From: an uncultured Acidobacteriota bacterium
Lineage (GTDB): Bacteria; Acidobacteriota; Thermoanaerobaculia; UBA5066
Direction of reading: 5' to 3'
Assembly (NCBI GenBank): GCA_963779415.1
Contig: CAVZYA010000002.1
Location: 416,001 to 480,000 of the forward strand
Length of the DNA stretch: 64,000 nucleotides
Within the stretch, counting starts at the first letter, position 1. Every line of letters begins with the position of its first letter. Both the position numbers and the translations under genes were made by a program. Below the pieces are notes generated by a model, which was not told where the DNA came from, ran no database searches, and saw nothing but the letters and a program-made list of their open reading frames with translations. Of this stretch, positions 1 to 10,192 are shown piece by piece.

Positions 1-865
1 TCCTGTTCTCGCCCGAGGAGGCGCGCGCGGCCACCGGCGCGCCGGCGCTCGTCAGGACGACGTCGTCCCGGTGGGGGCCGGCGAGGCAGCGCCCGGCTCG
101 GCGCTCTTCGGCGGCACACTCGGCGAGGCGCGCCCGGAAGGCTTCCCGGATCGTCCCGACGTCCCCTTCCGCCGGAAGGTCGCTCGCGAGATCGAGGCGG
201 AGGTCACCGAACGGAGAGCGGAGTCGCGTCGCGTTCTCGATCAGAAGCCGGGAGACGGCCGAGAGCGCCTCGTGCCGGGCGGCGGCGACGCGCGCGCCCG
301 ATTCGGCCATCGCCTCTTCGTAAACCGCCAGCTCGTCCGCATCGAACCGGCTTCGCGCCGTGAGGAGCCGCGTCTTTGCGCTCCGGGCCTTCTCGTAGCC
401 CAGAAGCTCCCGGCCGAAGGCCGGATCGAGCGCCTGCGCGGCCCGGTCGAGCGCGCGGCGCCGCTCGGTCGGTGGTCCCGCGTAGCGCGTCAGGTCCCGC
501 GCCGTCAAGAAGACCACGGGGGCGAGCCGGCTCGCCTGGAGGCGCGAAACCCGAGTCCCGTTCCAGAACTGCTCGCGGGCGCCGGGCGCGAATCGCACGC
601 CAAGGAGCCCGTCCCGGTCCGCGGGGGCCGACTCGACCCTCCGGACCCTGGCGGTCAGCTGGCCGCGCATCTCCCCGGCCCGGATGACCTCGGAAAGATC
701 CGCGGTCCGAAACGAGATCCGCCCCGTCACGACGGCGAGGGCCTCGAGCAGGTTCGTCTTCCCCTGTCCGTTGTCACCCACGACGAGGTTGAGGCGCGGG
801 TGAAACTCGATTCGGCCACCGGCGAGGTTCCGGAAGCCCTCGGGGTTCAGAGAGAGAATCTCCAC
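1..865 (-). CDS. recF: DNA replication/repair protein RecF (3' end outside window)
   Basis: Manual translation from GTG 865: MEILSLNPEGFRNL..GDNGQGKTNLLEAL (Walker A) ... GPHRDD..SSGE; directly downstream of dnaN. Confidence 0.93.
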   Translation of the reverse strand, partial: MEILSLNPEGFRNLAGGRIEFHPRLNLVVGDNGQGKTNLLEALAVVTGRISFRTADLSEVIRAGEMRGQLTARVRRVESAPADRDGLLGVRFAPGAREQFWNGTRVSRLQASRLAPVVFLTARDLTRYAGPPTERRRALDRAAQALDPAFGRELLGYEKARSAKTRLLTARSRFDADELAVYEEAMAESGARVAAARHEALSAVSRLLIENATRLRSPFGDLRLDLASDLPAEGDVGTIREAFRARLAECAAEERRAGRCLAGPHRDDVVLTSAGAPVAARASSGENR

Positions 866-874
866 GAACGACCG

Positions 875-2002
875 CTACATCCTCATCGGCATCACGACAT
901 AAAGGTAGTTCCGGATGCCGGCGAGTGGCTCGCCGGGGCGGCCCTGACATTGCGCCTGTTCGTCTTTTACGTAGAGATGGACGTCCTTCGTCTCGGCCAC
1001 CTCCAGAAACTGCTCGAGGTAGCGTGCGTTCAGCCGGAGCGACAGCGGCTCGTGCTCGAACACGATCGGCAGCTCCTGGCTCCCGTCGCCGACGTCCTGG
1101 CTCTCCGACGAGATGACGAGCTGTCCCGATCCGAACGCGAGGCTCACGGCCTTCGTCCGCTCTCCGGAAAGGAGCGCGATCCGTCGGACGGCGCCGAGCA
1201 GCTCCTCGCGAGAGACGACGGCCTTCTTGTCGTTCTCCTTGCTGATCACCTTCTCGTAGTCGGGAAAGCGCCGCTCATCCAGCTTCGCGTAGAGGCGGCG
1301 CGGGCCGATCGAGAAGCCGAGGTGATTCGTCCCGCGGACGAGAGAGACCGGGGTGTCGTCCGCGGCGTCGAGCTTGCCGAGTTCGTCGAGGATCTTTTTC
1401 GAGACGAGGACCGGCTCGAAGCCGGCCTCCACCTTCACGCCATCGATCTCCACGAGCGCCAGACGATGGCCGTCCGTCGCCACCATCTCCGCCGTTCCGG
1501 CTGCCTTCGCCTTCAGCAGCGCCCCTTGCAGCTGCAGGCGCATTTCCTCGGTCGATACGGCAAACCGGATCTTCTCCACCATCCGTCGCAGCGCGCCGAA
1601 CGTCAGCGTCAGTGTCGGGCCGCCCCCCGCTTCCGGCCGGGTCGGATAGTCGGTCGCCGGCAGGCCGTTCAGCCGGATCCGGATCTTCGGCTCCTTGCAC
1701 GAGAGGACGACATGGTGGTTTTCCAGAACCTTGATTCCCAGCTCCGCAGAGGTCGGCAGGTCCCGGACCACGTCATAAAGGCGTCGTGCGGGGACCGTGA
1801 CCGCTCCGCCCGTTTTCACCGTGACCGGCTGGATCTCCGACACGAACGTCGTGTCGAGGTCCGTCGCGGTGAGCGTCAGCCTGGCGTCCCGCGCTTCCAG
1901 GAGGACGTTGCCGAGAATCTGATGGGTCGTTCGCCGCTCCACGACCCCTTGCAGGAGGCCGAGTTCACGCGAGAAATTGGCTGCCGAAACGTACAGCTCC
2001 AC
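875..2002 (-). CDS. dnaN: DNA polymerase III beta clamp
   Basis: LTATDLD, VATDGHRL, FPDYEKVI and C-terminal YVVMPMR motifs; GTG 2002 preceded by SD AAAGGAG. Confidence 0.96.
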   Translation of the reverse strand: MELYVSAANFSRELGLLQGVVERRTTHQILGNVLLEARDARLTLTATDLDTTFVSEIQPVTVKTGGAVTVPARRLYDVVRDLPTSAELGIKVLENHHVVLSCKEPKIRIRLNGLPATDYPTRPEAGGGPTLTLTFGALRRMVEKIRFAVSTEEMRLQLQGALLKAKAAGTAEMVATDGHRLALVEIDGVKVEAGFEPVLVSKKILDELGKLDAADDTPVSLVRGTNHLGFSIGPRRLYAKLDERRFPDYEKVISKENDKKAVVSREELLGAVRRIALLSGERTKAVSLAFGSGQLVISSESQDVGDGSQELPIVFEHEPLSLRLNARYLEQFLEVAETKDVHLYVKDEQAQCQGRPGEPLAGIRNYLYVVMPMRM

Positions 2003-2237
2003 AACGGCTCCTTTACGATTCAAATATTAGCATTAGAAGAGCTTAGAACCGAAGAAGTAGTCGTAGGAGGGGGTAGAATGTGAACTTCAACGTAAATGAT
2101 TAACACAGAATTATTTAAACACACAGAATGGGTGTGTATGACGGGCATGTGTTCCTGTGAAGAAAGCAGAGAGTCTTCCGGCCGGAAGAGAGGATTCCAG
2201 AGACTGGTGAAAATCGGTGGAGAACGCCGTGAAAATC
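2003..2237. other. Putative oriC (dnaA-dnaN intergenic region)
   Basis: AT-rich island in GC-rich DNA; trio-like GAAGAAGTAGTCGTAG 2051-2066; degenerate DnaA-box-like 9-mers at 2079, 2156, 2206, 2216, 2228. Confidence 0.75.
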
Positions 2238-3550
2238 TCAGTGAAGCTGCGCCAGGAAGCCGGACAGAAGACGATCCAGGTCTCGGTCCTCTTCGCGAAG
2301 AGCCGCGATCTTCCGGATGGAATGGAGCGCCGTCGTGTGGTGCTTGTCGCTGAAGAGACGGCCGATCTCCGGAAGCGAAAGGTCCGTCGCCTCCTTGAGA
2401 ACGTACATCGCGACCTGACGCGGAAAGACGATCTGACCTCGCTTCGACCTGGCCCGGAGATCGCCCGGCTTCAACCCGTAATGCGCCGCTACGGTCCGGA
2501 TGATCTCGGCCGGCGACGCGCTCTGCTCGTCGCCCCGGAAAACGTCCCGGAGCGCCTCGCGGGCCAGGTCGAGGGTCACCGCCTCCCCCTTGAGCGACGC
2601 GAAGGCGACGACGCGGTTGAAGTACCCCTCCAGCTCCCGGATGGAGGACTTGATCTTTCCGGCCAGGAAGAAGGCGACATCGTCGTTCAACGCCATCTGA
2701 AGGCCGTCCGCCTTTTGCCGGAGGATCGCGACCTTTGTTTCGAAGTCCGGCGACTGGATGTCGACGATGAGCCCCCCCTCGAACCGGCTCTTCAGCCGGT
2801 CCGTGAGACCGGGGATCTCGCGCGGCGGCACGTCGGACGAAAAGACGATCTGGGTTCCCTCGTCGTAGAGCGCGTTGAAGGTGTGGAAAAGCTCGTTCTC
2901 GGATGCTTCCTTCCCGACAACGAACTGCACGTCGTCGAGAAGGAGGATGTCGGCTGCCCGGAGCCGCTGACGGAGGCTCTCCATCCGGTTGAACCGAACC
3001 CCCTGCACCACCTCGTTCACGAAGCTCTCGGAGGTCAGGTAGATCACGCGCTCCCCCCTCTCCGCGAGAGGCGGCGATGCCCGATTGCCTGCATCAGGTG
3101 TGTCTTGCCGAGACCCGTCCCGCCGCAGATGAAGAGGGGGTTGTACTGCCGCGAGGTCTGATCGGCCACGCGAAGCGCGGCGGCGTGGGCGAGACGGTTT
3201 GATTCGCCCGTGACGAAGTTCTCGAAGGTGTAGGCCGGGTTGAGGCCGCCGGCGCGGCGGCGCGGTTCGGCCGGCACGCGGAGGGGCTCGGCGGCCGAGG
3301 CATAGTCGCCGTCGGCGACGAACCGGATCTCCCGGTTGCCGTACCCGGCCTTCTGGGCGGCCTCGGCGATCTGGGGGCCGAACGCCTCCGGAATGTAGTT
3401 GACGTAGAGCGGGGCCCGGACGTGGACGACGATCGCCTCGGCCGATTCGGCTCGCTGACGAGAATCTCGAAACCAGGTCTCGAAGTCGCGCTCGTCGACG
3501 CGGCTCCGGAGGTGCTCGAGGATCTTGGTCCAGGCGTTGGTCTTTTCCAC
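2238..3550 (-). CDS. dnaA: Chromosomal replication initiator DnaA (frameshift at a G run near 3052-3058, probably an assembly error)
   Basis: ORFs 3044-3550 ([23 protein letters not shown]) and 2238-3047 ([22 protein letters not shown]) join into a full DnaA. Confidence 0.95.
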
Positions 3551-3704
3551 AGGATCTTCAGCGCTGTGTAAATCGTCCCCGGGAGGCGGGCGGGCGATGC
3601 TATCAGCGCTCCGGGTGGCCGCAAAGGGCCCGTCAATTCGCCCCCGGTTGACAGGGGACGGCGCCTCCCCGAGAATCGCCCGCTCCCTTCAGGGGGGTGA
3701 TGGT

Positions 3705-3839
3705 ATGAAAAAAACGTTCCAGCCCAACAATCGCCGCCGCAAGACGACGCACGGCTTCCTTGTCCGGATGAGGACGAAGAGCGGGCGCGCCGTCCTCGCG
3801 CGTCGTCGGGCCAAGGGCCGCAAGCGGCTCTCCGTCTGA
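3705..3839 (+). CDS. rpmH: 50S ribosomal protein L34
   Basis: [22 protein letters not shown]...[10 protein letters not shown]. Confidence 0.97.
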   Translation: MKKTFQPNNRRRKTTHGFLVRMRTKSGRAVLARRRAKGRKRLSV

Positions 3840-3880
3840 CCAGCGGACGGACCGCCGGCCGGCCTAAAGCCGCCCCGCCG

Positions 3881-4270
3881 ATGGCCGCCGAGACATTGCG
3901 CGAAACCTCACCTGCCCGGCCCGAGGGCCACCCTCGCGGGCGGCGGCTTCGAAAGCGCGCCGATTACCTCCGGATCTACGAAGAAGGCCGTCGTCTGCAC
4001 GGGCGCCTCCTCGTGATCTTCGTGTCGCCAGGCGTCGGGAGCAGCCCCAGGCTCGGGATCACGGTGACGCGGAAAGCGGGGGGCGCGGTCGTCCGGAACC
4101 GACTGCGCCGTCGTCTCCGGGAGGCGTTTCGCCGGGCGGGCGCGACCGGGGCGCCCGGAACCCTCGACGTCGTCGTGAACGTCTCTCCGCGCGCCGCCGA
4201 AGCGTCCTACGAGGAGCTGAAGAACGAGCTCGGTCGTCTTCTCGCCCGCGCGGCGGAAGCGGCGTCGTGA
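3881..4270 (+). CDS. rnpA: RNase P protein component
   Basis: [33 protein letters not shown]; synteny with rpmH. Confidence 0.95.
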   Translation: MAAETLRETSPARPEGHPRGRRLRKRADYLRIYEEGRRLHGRLLVIFVSPGVGSSPRLGITVTRKAGGAVVRNRLRRRLREAFRRAGATGAPGTLDVVVNVSPRAAEASYEELKNELGRLLARAAEAAS

Positions 4271-4512
4271 GCGCACCCGTGCTCTCCGCCGTACCCGGCA
4301 GGGGGAGCCGTGCCGCCGCCGCGATCCTTCTCGCCTACAAGAAGATCGTTTCGCCTCTCCTGCCACCGGCCTGCCGGTTCCACCCGACCTGCTCCGAGTA
4401 CGCTCGAGAAGCCATCCTGCGCCACGGACTCCTCCGCGGGACGGGGCTCTCCCTTCGCCGGTTGGCGCGTTGTCACCCCTTCCATCCGGGGGGAATCGAC
4501 CCGGTGCCTTAA
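4267..4512 (+). CDS. yidD: Membrane protein insertion efficiency factor
   Basis: [24 protein letters not shown]. Confidence 0.95.
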   Translation: MSAPVLSAVPGRGSRAAAAILLAYKKIVSPLLPPACRFHPTCSEYAREAILRHGLLRGTGLSLRRLARCHPFHPGGIDPVP

Positions 4513-4537
4513 GCTCCCACCCTTTCGAGGAGATCCC

Positions 4538-6205
4538 TTGGACACGAAACGCCTCGTCATCGCCCTGACGCTATCGGCCGCCGTCCTGATTCTCTGGACG
4601 TTGGTCTTCCCCCCGCCTCCCCCTCCGAAACCGGCGGCCCGTCCCGCGCCGACGGCGGCGGCAGAGGGCGTCGCGACGGCGACGCCGGCGCCCGCCGCGG
4701 CGAGCGTCCCGGCCCCCGCAGCGCCGGTCGCGCGGAACATCCCCCCGATCGAAGCGGCATCCGAGTCGCTGATCACGGTGGAGTCCGGTCTCTACCGGGC
4801 CACCCTCACGAATCGGGGCGGGGCGGTCCGGGCGTTTACGCTCAAGGCCTACAAGGATTCCACGGAGCACCCGCTCGACCTCGTCCGGGAGAGTCCGGGC
4901 TTCCCGGGCGTCACGCTCACGCTCGATCCCGCCGATCCGTTCCTTTCCCGTGCGGCGCGGGCCCTCTTCACCGTCGAAAAGGAGGAGAAGGACGCGACGG
5001 TGACGCTCCGCTTCCGGTACCGCGAAGCCGACGGAGCCGGCCTCGTCCGGACATACGTCTTCCGGAGCGGCTACGTCGCCTCGATGCGGGTGGAGCGGGA
5101 GGGCCCCGGAAGCCTCCCCGTGGGAGTCGTGGCCGGGCCCGGAATCGGGAATCCATCCGCCGACGAGATGAAGAGCCGCTACACGCGGCCCGGCTCCGCG
5201 GTCGCCCTCTTCGGGACGGGCTCCGTCACGCGGAAGGCAAGCGGCAGCCTGAAGGAGCCGGAGAGCGTCGGACCCGGCCTGACCGCCGTCGGCCTCGAAG
5301 ACAACTATTTCCTCACGGCGTTTCTTCCCGATGCCCGGGCGACGGCCCTCCTCCGGCCGGAGGCCGTCGCGGCTCCACCGGGGCCAGACGGCAAGCCCGA
5401 GCCGCCGGAGATCGCCGTGGTTCTCGAGGGAGCGGGAGTCCTCGCGGCCGACCTCTATTTCGGTCCGAAGGAAATCTCCATCCTCGAGAAGGTCCGACCG
5501 GGGATGGAGAAGCTCATCGACTACGGCTGGTACGCGATCCTCGTGAAGCCTCTCCTCTGGACGCTGAAGGAGATCCAGAGCGTGGTGAAGAACTGGGGCG
5601 TCGCGATCCTCGTCATCACCTTCCTCATCAAGGTCCTCCTCTATCCGCTGACCCACAAGCAGCTCGTCTCGATGAAGAAGATGTCGGCGCTGCAGCCGAA
5701 GATGGAGGCGATCCGCGCGAAGTACGCGACGAAGGTCAAGAGTGACCCGACCGCGCGGATGAAGATGAACGAGGAGACGATGGCGCTCTACAAGCAGGAG
5801 GGGGTGAACCCCGCCGGCGGGTGCCTTCCGCTCCTTCTGCAGATGCCGATCCTGATCGCCTTCTACAACCTCCTCGCGCATTCGATCGAGCTGCGCCACG
5901 CTCCGTTCATGCTCTGGATCACCGACCTCTCGGCGAAGGATCCCTACTACGTCACGCCGATCCTGATGACGCTGACGATGTGGATCCAGCAGCAGATGAC
6001 CCCCGCCACGGGCGAGCCGGCCATGCGGCGGATGATGAACATCATGCCGTTCGCGATGGGGTTCTTCTTCAAGGACATGCCCTCCGGCCTCGTCCTCTAC
6101 TGGCTGATGCAGAACGTCCTGACGATCGTCCAGCAGCTTCTTCTCAACCGATACACGGATCTCGGCCCGACCTCGATGAAGAGGGCGTCGGCCCGGACGG
6201 GCTGA
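4538..6205 (+). CDS. yidC: Membrane protein insertase YidC
   Basis: NWGVAIL, GCLPLLLQMP, WITDLSAKDPYY, PSGLVLYW; TTG start with SD GAGGAG. Confidence 0.95.
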   Translation: MDTKRLVIALTLSAAVLILWTLVFPPPPPPKPAARPAPTAAAEGVATATPAPAAASVPAPAAPVARNIPPIEAASESLITVESGLYRATLTNRGGAVRAFTLKAYKDSTEHPLDLVRESPGFPGVTLTLDPADPFLSRAARALFTVEKEEKDATVTLRFRYREADGAGLVRTYVFRSGYVASMRVEREGPGSLPVGVVAGPGIGNPSADEMKSRYTRPGSAVALFGTGSVTRKASGSLKEPESVGPGLTAVGLEDNYFLTAFLPDARATALLRPEAVAAPPGPDGKPEPPEIAVVLEGAGVLAADLYFGPKEISILEKVRPGMEKLIDYGWYAILVKPLLWTLKEIQSVVKNWGVAILVITFLIKVLLYPLTHKQLVSMKKMSALQPKMEAIRAKYATKVKSDPTARMKMNEETMALYKQEGVNPAGGCLPLLLQMPILIAFYNLLAHSIELRHAPFMLWITDLSAKDPYYVTPILMTLTMWIQQQMTPATGEPAMRRMMNIMPFAMGFFFKDMPSGLVLYWLMQNVLTIVQQLLLNRYTDLGPTSMKRASARTG

Positions 6206-6212
6206 CAAGGGC

Positions 6213-7565
6213 GTGGGCGCGCTCGTCGCCGATCCCGAAGGGACGGGCGACGTCATCGTCGCTCCCGCGACACCGCCGGGCGCGTCCGCCCTCGCGATCG
6301 TCCGGCTGAGCGGGCCGAAGGGCGCCGCGTTCGCCGTGGCCCGGCGGCTCGTTCCGTCGCTCCCGGAGCGCCCCGAGGAGCGCCGGGCGCTCGTTTCCCG
6401 GTTCGTCGACGGGGACGGGCGTCCCGTCGACGAGGGGGTCGTTCTGCCGTACGAGGCGCCCCGGTCAGCGACCGGCGACGAGGTCGTCGAGCTCTTCTGC
6501 CACGGATCGCCCGCGATCGTGGCGGCACTCCTTTCGGCGGCGTGCGTCGCCGGGGCCCGTCCCGCGCGGCCCGGCGAATTCACGCGACGCGCGCTCGCGA
6601 ACGGAAAGCTCGACCTCGCCGAGGCCGAGGGGATCGCACGCCTCGCGGCGGCCGAGAGCCGCGGGGCGGCGCGGCGGGCGCTCGGGCTCGTGGAGGGGGA
6701 GCTTTCGCGCCGCGTCCGCGCCGTCCGGGAGGAGCTGCTCGACCTTCTCGCGGAGATCGAGGCCGGGCTCGATTTTCCCGAAGACGTCGGGCCGCTCTCG
6801 GCGGACGCGCGCCAAGAGGCGCTGGGCCGGACCCTCGCGTCCCTGGCCGCGCTTCTTTCAGCCGCCGAGGGGAGCGCGGCGAGGGAACGGATCCCGACCG
6901 TGGCGATCGCGGGGCGGCCGAACGCGGGGAAGTCGACGCTCTTCAACGCCCTCCTCGGAGCGGACCGGGCCATCGTCACGCCCCACCCCGGCACGACGCG
7001 CGACGCCGTCTCGGAGGCTGCAGACCTTCTCGGCTTCCGGATCCGCCTCGTCGACACGGCGGGGCTCCGGGAGGCCGAGAGCGAGGTGGAGAAGATCGGC
7101 GTCGACGTCGCCCGTCGGACGGCCGGCCTCGCGGACCTCGTGCTTCTCCTCGTCGACGGCTCTTCTCCTCCCTCGGCGGAGGATGAAGCCGTGGCCCGGG
7201 TGCTCGGAGAGCGGGCGCTCGTCGTCCGGACGAAGGCCGACCTGCCGGGCGTCATGCCGTGGAACCTCCCGGTGGACGCCGCGGTCTCCGCGCGATCCGG
7301 GGAGGGACTCGACGCGCTCCGGGCGCTCGTTCGTCACCGGCTCGGCGGCGCGGAGAGCGAGGGGGAAATCCTGGTCCTCGACCGCCACCGCGACGCCCTC
7401 CGCCGCGCCGCGGCCGCGACCGCCGCGGCCACGGAGGTGTCCGGGGACGAGATCGCCGCCTCGTCGCTCCGGGAAGCTCTCCACGCGCTGGGGGAGATCA
7501 CGGGCGAGACGGCGAGCGAGGAGCTCCTCGACAGGATCTTCTCGACGTTCTGTATCGGAAAATGA
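6213..7565 (+). CDS. mnmE: tRNA modification GTPase MnmE
   Basis: GEFTRRA, GRPNAGKSTLFN, GTTRD, DTAG, C-terminal FCIGK. Confidence 0.96.
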   Translation: MGALVADPEGTGDVIVAPATPPGASALAIVRLSGPKGAAFAVARRLVPSLPERPEERRALVSRFVDGDGRPVDEGVVLPYEAPRSATGDEVVELFCHGSPAIVAALLSAACVAGARPARPGEFTRRALANGKLDLAEAEGIARLAAAESRGAARRALGLVEGELSRRVRAVREELLDLLAEIEAGLDFPEDVGPLSADARQEALGRTLASLAALLSAAEGSAARERIPTVAIAGRPNAGKSTLFNALLGADRAIVTPHPGTTRDAVSEAADLLGFRIRLVDTAGLREAESEVEKIGVDVARRTAGLADLVLLLVDGSSPPSAEDEAVARVLGERALVVRTKADLPGVMPWNLPVDAAVSARSGEGLDALRALVRHRLGGAESEGEILVLDRHRDALRRAAAATAAATEVSGDEIAASSLREALHALGEITGETASEELLDRIFSTFCIGK

Positions 7566-7596
7566 GGAGCCGGCCCGCGAGGCCGGGAGGAGAGGG

Positions 7597-9513
7597 ATGC
7601 GCGCGCGATACGAGGTCGTCGTCGTCGGGGGCGGGCACGCCGGCTGCGAGGCCGCGCTCGCCTCGGCGCGTCTCGGGCGCGATACGCTCCTTCTGACCCA
7701 CGACCCGGCCCTGCTTTCGCGGATGAGCTGCAATCCGGCCGTCGGGGGGCTCGCGAAAGGGCAGGTCGTCCGCGAGATCGACGCGCTCGGGGGGGCGATG
7801 GGGCGCGTCGCGGACCGGACGGGGATCCAGTTCAAGGTCCTGAACGCCTCCCGCGGCCCCGCCGTCCGGGGCCCGAGGGTCCAGTCTGACAAAGTACTTT
7901 ACAGCGAAGAGATGTCGCGAACGGTCCGGGCCACCCCGGGACTCACGCTCGCGGCGGGCGCGGTCGCCGCGCTCCGGTGCGAAGGCGGCCGCCTTTCGGG
8001 ACTCGTCCTGGAAGACGGAAGCAGGATTTCCTGTGCGGCCGCCGTCGTGACGACCGGGACCTTTCTCCGGGGCCTCGTCCACGTCGGCGACGAACGGCGC
8101 GAGGAGGGGCGCTGGGGCGAGCCTCCGGCCCGCTCCCTCTCGGAGAACCTCCGCTCGTTCGGGCTTCGGCTCGGCCGGATGAAGACCGGGACCCCGCCAC
8201 GAGTCCGCGCGGCGAGCCTCGACACGGCGAAGATGAGCGCCTCGCGCGGGGACGAGCGCCCGGTCCCGTTTGCCTTCGCCTCGCGGGGCGAGCCGTTCCC
8301 GCGGCTCCCGCAGGTCGACTGCTTCCTCACCCACACGACGGAGCGGGTCCACGACCTGATCCGGAAGAACCTCTCGCTCTCGCCGCTCTACTCCGGCCGG
8401 ATCACGGGGCGCGGGCCCCGCTACTGCCCGTCGATCGAGGACAAGGTCGTCCGGTTCCCCGAGCGGCCGCGCCACCAGATCTTCGTGGAGCCGGAAGGGC
8501 TCGCGACCGACTGGACCTACCTGAACGGCCTTTCGATGTCGCTCCCGGCCGGAATCCAGGAAGAGATCGTCCGGGCGATTCCCGGGCTGGAGCGGGCGGA
8601 GATTCTCCGGCCGGCCTACGCGATCGAGTACGACGTCGTCTTCCCGGAGCAGCTGGGCGACACGCTCGAGCTCCGGGCGCTCCCGGGGCTCTTCCTCGCC
8701 GGCCAGATCAACGGGACCTCGGGGTACGAGGAGGCGGCCGGGCAGGGGATCGTGGCCGGGACGAATGCGGCTCTCGCGGCCCGGAGAGGAGAGCGCGCGC
8801 CCCTCGTCCTCGGCCGCCACGAGGCCTACATCGGCGTGATGATCGATGATCTCGTCACGCTCGGAACGGAGGAGCCGTACCGCCTCCTCACGTCGCGGGC
8901 CGAGTACCGGCTCCTCTTGGGCGCCGAGACCGCCTACGCCCGTCTTACCCCGAGGGCCGTCGAGATCGGCCTCGTCGACGAGAGGACGGCGGACGAGATC
9001 CTTGAGCGCGAAGCCCGCCTTCGAAGGGTCCGCGGCGCCCTCGAGGAGACGGTCGTGACGCCGGACCGGGAGACCGTGGCCCGGCTCGCCGCCCGGGGCG
9101 TGGCGCTTTCGGAAGAAGCGACCCTGGCCGGCCTTCTCCGCCGGCCGGAGATCTCGGCGGAGTCGTTCCGGGCCGTCGCGGAGGGGCGGATCGAGGATCC
9201 GCGCGTTGCGGCGGAGTTCGAGGCCATGGACGCAGGGGAGATCGATCGACTCGCCGCGGAGATCCGCTACGCCGGGTTCCTGACCCGGGAGGAAGAGACC
9301 GTCCGTCGCCTCTCCCGTTCCCTGGAGCTTCCGATCCCGCGCGACCTCGAGTTCCGGGGAATTCCGGGGCTCTCGGCTGAAGCGGCCGAGAAGCTGGATC
9401 GCCACCGCCCCCGGACGCTCGGACAGGCGGGAAGGATCCCGGGCGTCACGCCGGCCGCGGTCACCCTCCTCCTCGCCCGCCTGACGCTCCGGAAGAGGAG
9501 AGACGCCGCGTGA
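7597..9513 (+). CDS. mnmG: tRNA U34 carboxymethylaminomethylation enzyme MnmG (GidA)
   Basis: GGGHAGCEAA, SCNPAVGG, GPRYCPSIEDK, AGQINGTSGYEEAAGQG. Confidence 0.96.
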   Translation: MRARYEVVVVGGGHAGCEAALASARLGRDTLLLTHDPALLSRMSCNPAVGGLAKGQVVREIDALGGAMGRVADRTGIQFKVLNASRGPAVRGPRVQSDKVLYSEEMSRTVRATPGLTLAAGAVAALRCEGGRLSGLVLEDGSRISCAAAVVTTGTFLRGLVHVGDERREEGRWGEPPARSLSENLRSFGLRLGRMKTGTPPRVRAASLDTAKMSASRGDERPVPFAFASRGEPFPRLPQVDCFLTHTTERVHDLIRKNLSLSPLYSGRITGRGPRYCPSIEDKVVRFPERPRHQIFVEPEGLATDWTYLNGLSMSLPAGIQEEIVRAIPGLERAEILRPAYAIEYDVVFPEQLGDTLELRALPGLFLAGQINGTSGYEEAAGQGIVAGTNAALAARRGERAPLVLGRHEAYIGVMIDDLVTLGTEEPYRLLTSRAEYRLLLGAETAYARLTPRAVEIGLVDERTADEILEREARLRRVRGALEETVVTPDRETVARLAARGVALSEEATLAGLLRRPEISAESFRAVAEGRIEDPRVAAEFEAMDAGEIDRLAAEIRYAGFLTREEETVRRLSRSLELPIPRDLEFRGIPGLSAEAAEKLDRHRPRTLGQAGRIPGVTPAAVTLLLARLTLRKRRDAA

Positions 9514-10169
9514 CGACGGAGGAGATCGCCGAACGGATACGGGGAGCGCTCCCACGTCTTGCGGAGGGGGACCGCGCCGCGATCGAGAGCGAGATCCCGG
9601 CGCTCGCGCGGTACCTCGCGCTTCTCCTTTCCGCCAGCGCGCGGATGAATCTGGTCTCCGCGGCGGCCGCAAGCCCCGGGGAACTCGTCCAGCGACACCT
9701 CATCGACGCGCTCCTGGGACTCCCGCTTCTCCCTCCGGTCCGGAAAGGGGGAGGGGCGCTCCTCGACGTCGGCTCCGGGGGGGGCTTCCCGGCCCTTCCG
9801 CTCCTGATCGTCCGGCGGGACCTACGGGGGACGCTCGTCGAGTCGACCGGTAAGAAATCCCGCTTTCTCGCGGAGGCCTTCTCCGAGCTCGCGTTGACCG
9901 GAGACGTGGTGAACGCTAGATTCCCAATCTCCTTTCCGATGAAACGTCCCGACCGATTCGACGTCTTCACGAGCCGCGCCGTGGCGGGGGGGGGCCTCCT
10001 CGTCCGGGCGGCCCGCCCCCTCTTCGCAAAGGGAGCGAGAGCTCTTCTCTGGACGACCTCCGCGCTCTTTCCGGAAATCGTCCGGACGAGCCGGTGCGGG
10101 GAGAGCGCGTTCCACCCTTCTCCGGGTTCGGAGAGGCGGGGGATCGCCCTCCTCGGATGTTTCACGTGA
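9510..10169 (+). CDS. rsmG: 16S rRNA m7G527 methyltransferase (GidB)
   Basis: RHLIDAL, LDVGSGGGFP, SRAV; synteny. Confidence 0.92.
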   Translation: MTTEEIAERIRGALPRLAEGDRAAIESEIPALARYLALLLSASARMNLVSAAAASPGELVQRHLIDALLGLPLLPPVRKGGGALLDVGSGGGFPALPLLIVRRDLRGTLVESTGKKSRFLAEAFSELALTGDVVNARFPISFPMKRPDRFDVFTSRAVAGGGLLVRAARPLFAKGARALLWTTSALFPEIVRTSRCGESAFHPSPGSERRGIALLGCFT

Positions 10170-10173
10170 AACA
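10158..10173. promoter_or_regulatory. parS centromere-like site
   Basis: Perfect consensus palindrome TGTTTCACGTGAAACA overlapping the rsmG stop codon, just upstream of parA. Confidence 0.93.
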
Positions 10174-10192
10174 TTCCTCTCCGGAGGGGTCC

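Noticed and set aside
71-2083. Long antisense and alternative-frame ORFs (e.g. 71-2083, 4571-7255, 9461-11926, 54518-56923)
   Set aside because: Shadow ORFs of real genes in GC-rich DNA; Arg/Pro/Gly-rich and without motifs.
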